Shown here piece by piece: positions 56,288 through 64,000 of a DNA stretch of 64,000 nt. Each line of letters opens with the position of its first letter. Positions within the stretch are counted from its first letter, which is position 1. Source of the DNA: Anaerolineales bacterium (lineage in GTDB: Bacteria > Chloroflexota > Anaerolineae > Anaerolineales > Villigracilaceae); NCBI GenBank assembly GCA_021462845.1, contig JAJTXU010000001.1, positions 1,583 through 65,582 on the forward strand. Reading direction: 5' to 3'. Under the pieces are notes generated by a model that was not told the origin of the DNA, did no database searches, and was given only the letters and a program-made list of their open reading frames with translations. A program made the translations under genes and the position numbers.

Positions 56288-57442
56288 CTAGTACACATCA
56301 TAGGTTACCCAGCGATCTTGAAGCCGGAACTGGATGAGCGTAAAAATGAGAATGATGACAAGAATCACCCATGAGATGGCAGAGCCGTACCCAATCTCGA
56401 AATGACTGAAGCTCGTCTCCCATAGATAGTAGACCATCGAGATGGTCGAGGAGACAATCGGTTCGTTATCGCGATAGAGGACAAAGATCGGCTCGAAGAT
56501 CTGCAGGGAACCGATCAGCCCGACCACAAGGTTATAGAAAATATAGGGGGTGAGCAGGGGGAAGGAAATTTTCCAAAATTTCTGCCAGCCGGTGGCGCCG
56601 TCTACTTCGGCGGCTTCGTGTAATTCTTTGGGAATATTGTTCAAGCCGGCGAGGAAGATCAGCATCATTGTGCCGCAGCCCCAGACCATGAGCAGAATCA
56701 CAGACATTTTCGTCCACAATGGACTCTGGACCCAAAGCGGGACGCGGTTGTCGGCGGGGAAACCCGCTTCTAGCACCTTTGTCAGCAGGTTGTATTTCCC
56801 CGTGTTCATCCCAAGAAAGAATGCGGTGACAACTTCCTGAACAAGGATCAATGCGCGGCTGAATACTCCAAACGGCGGAACGGAGGTAGAGATCGCTCGA
56901 ATGATCTGGTTGACAATGCCCGTGCCGGTATTTAACATCAACCGCCAGCACAATAGCACGGCGGTGTTAAAGCCGAGGATGACCGGCAGGTAAAACGCCA
57001 TGCGGAAGAGGCGCTCGCCTCTCATCTTTTGGTTCAACAGCACGGCAAGAAATAACGCCACTCCCATTTGCAACGGTAAGCCGATCACGGTCAGGTACAA
57101 CGTGTTGACAAGCGAGGCACGGAATCCGCTATCGTGGAAGATGATTTCACGATAATTTTCGATCCCTTTCCAGGCTGCCGGCGCCCCGGAAGCGATGCGA
57201 TAATCGGTGAAACTCCAATATAAAGAAAATGACAGGGGGACAACGACGAAAATAATGAAGCCAACGATCCAAGGCGCGGCGAAAAAGTACCCAGCAAAAG
57301 CGCTCTCTTGTTGCTTGGGAGTCGCGCCGCGCGCCCGGGTGATTGCTCGGGCAAGGAAACCCAGACCATAACTGGTGGAAATGATGAACACAACGGTGAA
57401 CACCGCCACGATCAACACATTAATGTATGGGTTTTCCAGCAT
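56288..57442 (-). CDS. Carbohydrate ABC transporter permease with an extra inserted segment
   Basis: GAGGAG RBS; EAAEVDGAT, GYGSAISW; 384 aa. Confidence 0.9.
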   Translation of the reverse strand: MLENPYINVLIVAVFTVVFIISTSYGLGFLARAITRARGATPKQQESAFAGYFFAAPWIVGFIIFVVVPLSFSLYWSFTDYRIASGAPAAWKGIENYREIIFHDSGFRASLVNTLYLTVIGLPLQMGVALFLAVLLNQKMRGERLFRMAFYLPVILGFNTAVLLCWRLMLNTGTGIVNQIIRAISTSVPPFGVFSRALILVQEVVTAFFLGMNTGKYNLLTKVLEAGFPADNRVPLWVQSPLWTKMSVILLMVWGCGTMMLIFLAGLNNIPKELHEAAEVDGATGWQKFWKISFPLLTPYIFYNLVVGLIGSLQIFEPIFVLYRDNEPIVSSTISMVYYLWETSFSHFEIGYGSAISWVILVIILIFTLIQFRLQDRWVTYDVY

Positions 57443-57471
57443 GGCATTCTCCTCGAGGAACGAGAGTGGAG

Positions 57472-57499
57472 TTGGGCGGGGAGTTCTCCCCGCCCAACT
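57472..57499 (-). terminator. Stem-loop after the substrate-binding protein gene
   Basis: GTTGGGCGGGGAG-tt-CTCCCCGCCCAAC. Confidence 0.65.
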
Positions 57500-57514
57500 C
57501 AATTAAAACTTTTC

Positions 57515-58801
57515 TTATTCAGCGAGCGCCGCTGAGTATTGTTCCTGAATCGTTTGATTGACTTCTTCAGGAGTGAGTTCTTCCGTCACCAATTTGCCCA
57601 GCGCGTCTTGCATGATCGTGGACAATTTTGCGGCTTCCTTGATTCCAGCAAAGCCGACGCCATACTCAGCCGCCAATTCCGCTTCGCGTTGTAGTTGCGG
57701 AGATTCGGTTACATAGCCGTATTGCGAGTCGTTGCGGGCAGGGATAAGACCCATGGTCTCGTTCCATTTGTTGTTGCCTTCCTTGCTAAACGCAAGTTTT
57801 AACCAATCTGCCGCAAGTTCCTTGTTCGGGCTGTAGTCTGCCACCGCAAGCCAGTCATTGAAAGCCAGCACAACCGGTTTGCTGTTCGGGAAGTTGGCAG
57901 GATCGCCATAGAACGGTTCAATGGAAATATTTTCCCAGACGGGGCGATCAAACGCAGGGGCGGCCCAGCCGGAGTGGGCGAGGCAGATTACGCCGTTATT
58001 CTTACCCGTGGCGTCATCCACATCAATGACGGAACCCTGACCAGCGGGAAGCGCGCCAACCGCGTCCGATGCGGGACCATACGTAGCCTGTCGCAGATCG
58101 AGCAAGAATTGAGTTGTCGCCAGCGCTTCTGGTGAATCGAAGTTGGGCGAGCCATCGGCTTTGTAAAGTTGGCCGCCGAGGGAGTAGAAGACCAGCAACC
58201 ACCACTGCCAGTCAGCCATGGTAGCCGCGTCCACTGGGTGAAGCGCTTGTTGCGTCAACGAGTTGGTGGCGGGGTCGATCACGGTATTGGCTTTGGTAAA
58301 CGAAATCCAATCAGCAAAGCTCTTCGGCGGAAGCGCGCCGGTCGCCAGATCGGAACGGCAGAAAACGTAACGAGGAGCGGTGAAGATCGGCAGACCGCGC
58401 AGTTTGCCTTCGTATTTGGCGTTTTCGAGCGCGGGACCAAAGTTGCTGATCTCACTCCACGCGCCCGAGCCCAGGTACGGATCCATATCGGCAAGGTTTT
58501 GACCGTAGAGCGTGTTCATCTCTGAGCCAAGGTTGATGATGTCGGGACCTTCACCCGCGGCGAAGAAACCGGCAAACGTCGTATCCCAACCAGACCATGA
58601 TCCCTCGGTGATCTCGACCGTCACGCCCGGGTGAGCCTTTTCAAACGCGGGGTTGATATCGCTCTTCAGCCACGCAATCGTGTCGGGGGTGTAATCGAGC
58701 AGGTAGATCTTCAATGTTTTTGGTTGAGCCGTGCCGCATGCCGCCAACATCATACTGACCAGCGCCAAAACTGAAAGCAACGTAAACAGTTTCTTATTCA
58801 T
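57515..58801 (-). CDS. Sugar ABC substrate-binding lipoprotein
   Basis: AAGGAG RBS; lipobox LAAC; FEKAHPGVTV, GEGPDII. Confidence 0.9.
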   Translation of the reverse strand: MNKKLFTLLSVLALVSMMLAACGTAQPKTLKIYLLDYTPDTIAWLKSDINPAFEKAHPGVTVEITEGSWSGWDTTFAGFFAAGEGPDIINLGSEMNTLYGQNLADMDPYLGSGAWSEISNFGPALENAKYEGKLRGLPIFTAPRYVFCRSDLATGALPPKSFADWISFTKANTVIDPATNSLTQQALHPVDAATMADWQWWLLVFYSLGGQLYKADGSPNFDSPEALATTQFLLDLRQATYGPASDAVGALPAGQGSVIDVDDATGKNNGVICLAHSGWAAPAFDRPVWENISIEPFYGDPANFPNSKPVVLAFNDWLAVADYSPNKELAADWLKLAFSKEGNNKWNETMGLIPARNDSQYGYVTESPQLQREAELAAEYGVGFAGIKEAAKLSTIMQDALGKLVTEELTPEEVNQTIQEQYSAALAE

Positions 58802-58913
58802 TTTTTTCTTCTCCTTGTAGTTTTTTCAAATATCGGTTGAAAACGCAAAGTGAAACGCTATGTGCTTCGATCGATCTCCTTTCTGCCGCATGAACGGGAT
58901 GAATAAAGAAGGG

Positions 58914-59762
58914 TTAGTTCATCTGGCGAATACGAATATCAACATCCTGCGCAAAACGATGAATAAACTCCTGAACAAAAACAGCCGGGGCAAGCGATCG
59001 ATCGGCGATCAAGGGAGTCATATCCATTGCATACGAAAGCCCGTGTGTCTCATCCACGCCATGCGATTCAAAATACGTGGCATTCGCGCGGCGGCGGCCC
59101 ATGGAAGCAAGATCGTAGCGCTTCCCGCCGACGATCTGCGAATCGAAGACGCCCAACAAAGCGAACTGGAGATTTTCATGGGCGGAGGTATTCATTAACA
59201 CTTTATCTGGATCGATCATCCAGTCGAGCGAACGCCAGACTTCGCACCCCACGAGTCTTTCGGGACGTTCAGCCTGATCCAGCCTGCGGATGGCTTCCAC
59301 CACCCTCGACACGACAGCCACGTGGGTATCATGCTTGTCAGCAAAGTTGTGGGTGTACACATATTGCGGCTTTGTCGCTCGTAAGATATGTACAAAGTCA
59401 TCCACAGTCTCCTGTCGGGATGGGTCTTTCACCGTTGCGCTGGGCAGGTCCAACATGATTTGCGCCGAGAACTCGCCCACGTACGCCGCTTTGCGCTGTT
59501 CGTGAAAACGCACTGCCCGCATCTCGTCGTCTGTGTAATCTTTATATACACTGTCGCGCGGAGAGCCTCGACCGTCCGTTACAACAACGCCCGTAAACCA
59601 TTGCTCCGCCTGTTGAAAACACTCCAGGATCGGTTGCGCCGCCATGATCTCAATATCATCCTGATGCGCGGCAATACATAAATGCGTTGTGCGCGCCAAC
59701 GCCCGCTCTTCAGAAGCGCCGTCAGGGATAAACACCTCAGCCGTATTCAAAGAAAATTTCAT
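58914..59762 (-). CDS. PIG-L family (LmbE-like) deacetylase
   Basis: IAAHQDDIEI, VTDG, VRFHEQRKAA, THNFADKHDTH. Confidence 0.88.
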   Translation of the reverse strand: MKFSLNTAEVFIPDGASEERALARTTHLCIAAHQDDIEIMAAQPILECFQQAEQWFTGVVVTDGRGSPRDSVYKDYTDDEMRAVRFHEQRKAAYVGEFSAQIMLDLPSATVKDPSRQETVDDFVHILRATKPQYVYTHNFADKHDTHVAVVSRVVEAIRRLDQAERPERLVGCEVWRSLDWMIDPDKVLMNTSAHENLQFALLGVFDSQIVGGKRYDLASMGRRRANATYFESHGVDETHGLSYAMDMTPLIADRSLAPAVFVQEFIHRFAQDVDIRIRQMN

Positions 59763-61156
59763 GCCTGCACCTGTTCAACGACCGGCAAACTCGCCGCCGC
59801 GATGGATTGCCCCACGCGACGTAATTTCTCGCTGGGTAAATGAATTTCTATTCTTTTTAATAGCTCGGGGAACTCCGACTCAAATACGTTCATCGCGCCT
59901 TCCATCAACAAATTCCCGCCTTTACCGGAAGTGCAACGACCCAAAATCAAAACATGCTTAATGTCATAAAATTCGGCGTAATGAGCAATGCCGTACCCCA
60001 AATAAACTCCCATGCTTTGCCATATTTTCAAGGCTCCGCCATACCCCAAATCCAGCAGACTCTGAACAAATTTCAACTTTTCAGCGTCGGTCAGGCTTGA
60101 TGGAATATCGATCCCTGCTTTCTGCGCAAGCCGGAAGACGCACTGCTGTGAAAAGTACGACGCGCCGCAACCTCGGTCACCCGACCATTCCTCGATTGGC
60201 GCATTGGGGTTGTAATCCACAGGCGCAAACGCCAACTCGTTCAGCCATCCTGTGATTTGTCCTTCCATATTCACATATCCGGCCGCTTCGCTCGACCCCA
60301 GGGCGATCCCTAAAATTCCGTTATCTTCAATGGACATCGAGCCTGCCAACGCGGTCACATCGCCATCATTGATCACTTCCAACGGCACGCCCATTTCATC
60401 TCTGATTCGCAAGAACATATTTTTGATTTCAGCATATTGTTCAACAGGGATCCCTCGGAACAATGAAGCCACCTTGGGGCGGTTATCAATATAGATACCA
60501 GCGGAACTGCCGCCTATCGCATCTACGCGCGGCATTTGGCTCGCGGCAGACTTCAACGACTTCATGACCTCGTTGTAGTGATATTCAGGGTCAGAGTGCT
60601 TACGCGGCTCCCAGATCACTTCCTCACTGTAGACGGGAACTCCATCGACCACCGCGCTAACCTTTCTGTCTGACGCGCCCAGGTCAAAGCCGATACGGTG
60701 TCCCTGCAAGTTGCGGCCGAGCAGTTTCCCCGTCTCGAATGAAGCGGGCACTTCATCCACACCGCAGAGGATCACTTCGAATGGGCGCTCATAGACTTGA
60801 TCCCCCATAAAATGATAGTCAAATTTCCGCGCGCCATCTGCGGTATAACACTTGCGGATATATTCGCCGACCTGCTGCGAGCCGCCGATGTAGACCTTGA
60901 ATCCGCCCCGTTGCCAAAGAAGGAATTTGACAATGCGCTCGACGTATTCAAAGTTCGCGTTAAAGTCGGGGTGCGATTCGGGAAAAATCTTCAATTCGAT
61001 TCGAGAAAGCTCGCCATGATTTCTTTCGATCCCAATCACAAGCCTCGCGCCTTCCGATCCAACGGAACGTTGAAACGCGCGGCGCGCCAACACTGCCGGG
61101 CGGAATTCTTCATCCAAGGGAGGCGCAACGCGCGGAGGGATTAACGACAAGTTCAT
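59759..61156 (-). CDS. ROK family sugar kinase with ~150-aa N-terminal extension
   Basis: GFDLGAS, INDGD, IALGSS, NELAF. Confidence 0.85.
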   Translation of the reverse strand: MNLSLIPPRVAPPLDEEFRPAVLARRAFQRSVGSEGARLVIGIERNHGELSRIELKIFPESHPDFNANFEYVERIVKFLLWQRGGFKVYIGGSQQVGEYIRKCYTADGARKFDYHFMGDQVYERPFEVILCGVDEVPASFETGKLLGRNLQGHRIGFDLGASDRKVSAVVDGVPVYSEEVIWEPRKHSDPEYHYNEVMKSLKSAASQMPRVDAIGGSSAGIYIDNRPKVASLFRGIPVEQYAEIKNMFLRIRDEMGVPLEVINDGDVTALAGSMSIEDNGILGIALGSSEAAGYVNMEGQITGWLNELAFAPVDYNPNAPIEEWSGDRGCGASYFSQQCVFRLAQKAGIDIPSSLTDAEKLKFVQSLLDLGYGGALKIWQSMGVYLGYGIAHYAEFYDIKHVLILGRCTSGKGGNLLMEGAMNVFESEFPELLKRIEIHLPSEKLRRVGQSIAAASLPVVEQVQA

Positions 61157-62304
61157 TGATTCACTCCACCAAACAAAGGCGAGTAACCATCCTGCAACAG
61201 GAATGCCGAGGCGCCGAGAATGCAGGCGCGGTAATCCAATGTGCCTAACTCAAGTTGAGTGCCCTCAGACATGCGCGTCAACGCGGCGTTTTGCATCGAG
61301 GTGTTTACAGTATCGAGCCAGAATGCGCCAAACCGCGTCATATCGCCTGTGAGAACAATTTTCTGAATGTTTAACGTGCCAATCAGATTTGCAAGCGAGA
61401 CGCCCAAATAGCGCGCCGCCCGCTCGATTGACTCTTTTGTCTTTGTGTTGCCAGCCTCAAACGCGGATTGAACCGCATCCAGCGAATCCACTTTCAGATG
61501 TTGCATCACCGCGCGGGCGCTGGAAATCGTTTCCAAGCAGCCGCGTTTTCCGCACCGACATAATTCACCATTCTCTTGAACCACAACATGACCGATCTCA
61601 CCTGCGCCGCCCCCGTCGCCTTGAAATAATTGCCCGTTGACCAATATCCCCGCGCCGATACCATACTTCACATTGACAACGATCAGGTTTTCATCCGGTT
61701 TGTGTTTATTGCCATACACATATTCCCCGATCGCCGTTGCCTGGCTGTCGTTTAGCACAAGCGCGGGAATCTTGTATTTCTTTTGAAGCAAATTACCAAG
61801 CGGCAGGTTTTGCCACTCCAAATTCACCGCGTTCAGCACAATTCCCTCGCGGGTGTTGATCAAACCGGGCGCGCCGACGCCAATTCCAACAAGGGGTTTG
61901 TACTTCTTGCGTGTCAACTGATCGAGAATTTGGTAAACAAGTTCGAGCGCTTTATCCCCATTATCATCGTGCACGTCCACTTCAACGGTCTCTTTGATCT
62001 CGCCTCTCAAATTGACAACTGCGCCAATGAATTTGTCCTGTGCGAGGTTCAGCCCGATCAAATACCGCGAATCAGCGATCACGCTCAACAAGATCGGAGA
62101 TTTCCCGCCGATCGATTCCCCGCGCCCCACTTCATCCACCAAACCTTCGGTGAGCAACCCGGAGACGACATCAGACACTGTCGTGCGGGTCAAATGCGTG
62201 ATCCGCGCAATTTCCGCGCGGCTGATCGGGTCATTGGCAAAGATCGTCCTGAGAACCAAATCTCGATTGTGTTGCTTCGTTTGTTGATGCGTAGCCTTTT
62301 TCAT
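61153..62304 (-). CDS. ROK family transcriptional repressor (NagC/XylR-like)
   Basis: N-terminal HTH ISRAEIARITHLTRTTVS; GAGEIGH; CRCGKRGCLE. Confidence 0.93.
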   Translation of the reverse strand: MKKATHQQTKQHNRDLVLRTIFANDPISRAEIARITHLTRTTVSDVVSGLLTEGLVDEVGRGESIGGKSPILLSVIADSRYLIGLNLAQDKFIGAVVNLRGEIKETVEVDVHDDNGDKALELVYQILDQLTRKKYKPLVGIGVGAPGLINTREGIVLNAVNLEWQNLPLGNLLQKKYKIPALVLNDSQATAIGEYVYGNKHKPDENLIVVNVKYGIGAGILVNGQLFQGDGGGAGEIGHVVVQENGELCRCGKRGCLETISSARAVMQHLKVDSLDAVQSAFEAGNTKTKESIERAARYLGVSLANLIGTLNIQKIVLTGDMTRFGAFWLDTVNTSMQNAALTRMSEGTQLELGTLDYRACILGASAFLLQDGYSPLFGGVNQ

Positions 62305-62489
62305 CAAGTTTCCTGCAACAAGAATTTGGATTGCCACTATACGAAGAACAATTTGTCGGACAACTTTGTAAATTCACTGGACTAACAAACGCATTGTACA
62401 GACTCCCCCACAAAAAGTCAACCCTGTATTTTCGCAAAACAGAAATGGAGACAGATCGCGCAGTACTACAGCCAACTAAAAATCCACCC

Positions 62490-62518
62490 TTGACAGAATA
62501 TTCATCCGCTCCTAAAAT
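62490..62518 (+). promoter_or_regulatory. Sigma70 promoter of the multicopper oxidase operon
   Basis: TTGACA-N17-TAAAAT. Confidence 0.8.
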
Positions 62519-62536
62519 TTAGGTGTGCCTAAATTT
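62515..62536. promoter_or_regulatory. DtxR/MntR/SirR-type operator
   Basis: Perfect inverted repeat AAATTTAGG-tgtg-CCTAAATTT overlapping the -10 and start site; the TTAGG-N4-CCTAA core resembles DtxR-family boxes. Confidence 0.65.
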
Positions 62537-62588
62537 CAATTTAGTTGTCTGCATTAACATCAGTTAGTTTTGCACAACGGAGAATCTT

Positions 62589-63632
62589 ATGACCGCCAAG
62601 TTCACACGAAGGGATTTCCTCAAAGCGGGCGGACTCACCCTCCTCGGCGCGGCGGGTGTCAACGCACTCGCAAACACAGGACACGATCACGCGAGTACAA
62701 AGAAAGCTTTCGCCGCGCCTGCCATACAACACGATGGACATGGCGGCATTATGCCCGGCACCGTCGGCGAAGTGGATCACGAAGCAAATGGGTTTCATCC
62801 CGATGAGATATTGACCGATTTCGATTACGGCGAAGTCTCCACCCTGCCCAACGGACAAACCCTACGCGAATACAAGATCGTAGCGCACAACAAAGATATC
62901 GAGGTTGTTCCGGGCATCGTTTATCCCGCGTGGGTCTACAACGGACGCATCCCCGGGCCCACACTGCGCGCGACAGAAGGCGACCGCATACGAATTAATT
63001 TCGTCAATGGGAGCAATCATCCGCACACGATGCACTTTCACGGGTTTCACCCTGGCAACATGGACGGCGTGCCAGGCTCAGGTCCGGGAGGAAACGTGTT
63101 GCCAGGCGAATCATTCGTCTACGAGTTTGATGCGGAACCGTTCGGACTCCACCTCTATCATTGTCACGCATTTCCACTTGCGCGTCACATCGCAAAAGGA
63201 CTCTACGGCACATTCATCGTTGACCCCAAAGGCGGACGTCCACGCGTGGATCGCGAGATGGTGATGGTGATGAGCGGCTTCGATGTGGACTTCGACGATG
63301 CGAATGATTTTTACGCGGTCAACGCGATTCCCTTTCATTATCAAAATCATCCGATCCAAATTAAAGTTGGCGAAACGATTCGCATCTATCTCGTGAACAT
63401 CCTCGAGTTCGATCTCATCAACTCGTTTCACTTGCACGCAAATTTTTTTCAATACTATCCCACTGGCACAAGCCTCACCCCCTCCGAGTTCACCGACACG
63501 ATCATTCAAGGGCAAGCACAGCGCGGCATCCTTGAATTCAGTTACAAATATCCGGGCATGTACATGTTCCACGCGCACGTGACGGAGTTTGCGGAACTCG
63601 GCTGGAACGGCATGTTCGAAGTGACGGAATAG
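62589..63632 (+). CDS. Tat-exported two-domain multicopper oxidase
   Basis: TRRDFLK signal; HPHTMHFHG; HCHAFPLARHIAKGL; FHLH; FHAH. Confidence 0.9.
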   Translation: MTAKFTRRDFLKAGGLTLLGAAGVNALANTGHDHASTKKAFAAPAIQHDGHGGIMPGTVGEVDHEANGFHPDEILTDFDYGEVSTLPNGQTLREYKIVAHNKDIEVVPGIVYPAWVYNGRIPGPTLRATEGDRIRINFVNGSNHPHTMHFHGFHPGNMDGVPGSGPGGNVLPGESFVYEFDAEPFGLHLYHCHAFPLARHIAKGLYGTFIVDPKGGRPRVDREMVMVMSGFDVDFDDANDFYAVNAIPFHYQNHPIQIKVGETIRIYLVNILEFDLINSFHLHANFFQYYPTGTSLTPSEFTDTIIQGQAQRGILEFSYKYPGMYMFHAHVTEFAELGWNGMFEVTE

Positions 63633-63641
63633 AGGCGCATC

Positions 63642-64000
63642 ATGACTCACTCGACTGAACCCACACGCTTCACCTTTCGGACCTTCGTCCTGCTCCTCCT
63701 CCCCATCTTTCTCCTCGCTGGGGTGATTGCGCTCTTCCTCTCCACCGGCGGTGGCTTGGATTTGGAATCTGCCGCGCCAATCGAGACTCTCGACATCGAA
63801 CGATATAACCTCACGCGCGACTTGATCGAGCTTCACGTCCGCAACACGGGACCTGATGCGATCACCATCGCGCAAGTCGGCGTGAACGAAGCCATCATGC
63901 CATTCACTGTCTCGCCTGATACAACCATTCCGCGACTCGGACGCGCAGTGATTCACATCCCCTATCCATGGAATTACGGCGAAGCATACGGGATCAACGT
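63642..64000 (+). CDS. Probable ZIP-family metal transporter with N-terminal extracytoplasmic domain, 3'-truncated
   Basis: GAGG RBS; frame open to the window edge; one TM then a beta-rich domain (VRNTGP, TIAQV, IPYPW). ZIP identity is recalled from homolog architecture; ZIP motifs are outside the window. Confidence 0.5.
   Translation, partial: MTHSTEPTRFTFRTFVLLLLPIFLLAGVIALFLSTGGGLDLESAAPIETLDIERYNLTRDLIELHVRNTGPDAITIAQVGVNEAIMPFTVSPDTTIPRLGRAVIHIPYPWNYGEAYGIN

Noticed and set aside
62352-62389. ROK operator (TTTGT-N15-ACAAA) upstream of the repressor
   Set aside because: Short AT-rich arms, and no second copy recognised elsewhere in the cluster
62589-63632. Copper nitrite reductase (nirK)
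   Set aside because: Both domains keep paired HxH trinuclear ligands, consistent with an oxidase
36-63956. Many long antisense or alternate-frame ORFs (for example 409-1107, 23391-24173, 26634-27347, 29272-30042, 46358-47485, 63111-63956)
   Set aside because: They overlap well-supported genes, lack RBSs and motifs, and are expected shadows of high-GC codon bias

Overview
A 64 kb stretch of core-like chromosome from a moderately high-GC bacterium. Gene content (Thr/Pro-rich lipoproteins, DUF1385, DUF3048, MoxR/DUF58, selB) and dense short repeats suggest Chloroflexota, probably Anaerolineales; this is inference, not a database result. In order it carries: a partial ABC exporter, an orphan CorA-like membrane protein, a TrmH methyltransferase, an Opp/Dpp operon divergent from an OSBS/N-acylamino acid racemase gene, a CapA-family lipoprotein, a MoxR-DUF58 operon, an AT-rich CPBP gene resembling a decayed integron cassette, and secG. 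It continues with an M20 peptidase, a PD-(D/E)XK nuclease, a three-gene degenerate Mrp/Nuo-like membrane module running into a coiled-coil gene, selB and an SRAP gene, tRNA-Val(CAC), an ECF sigma/anti-sigma pair, and two tandem Ddl-like ATP-grasp paralogs. It ends with a 14 kb amino-sugar utilisation cluster (ROK repressor, ROK kinase, PIG-L deacetylase, two sugar ABC systems, GH3, a UroD/MtaA-like protein, SIS protein) and a Tat-exported two-domain multicopper oxidase behind a DtxR-type palindrome. No CRISPR array, integrase, transposase or rRNA was seen. The most unusual signals are palindromic and heptameric repeats sitting in frame inside proteins, a possible deacetylate-first GlcNAc route containing an orphan Zn-MtaA-like enzyme, the degenerate antiporter module, the Ddl-like pair, and the multicopper oxidase/probable ZIP metal-uptake unit.
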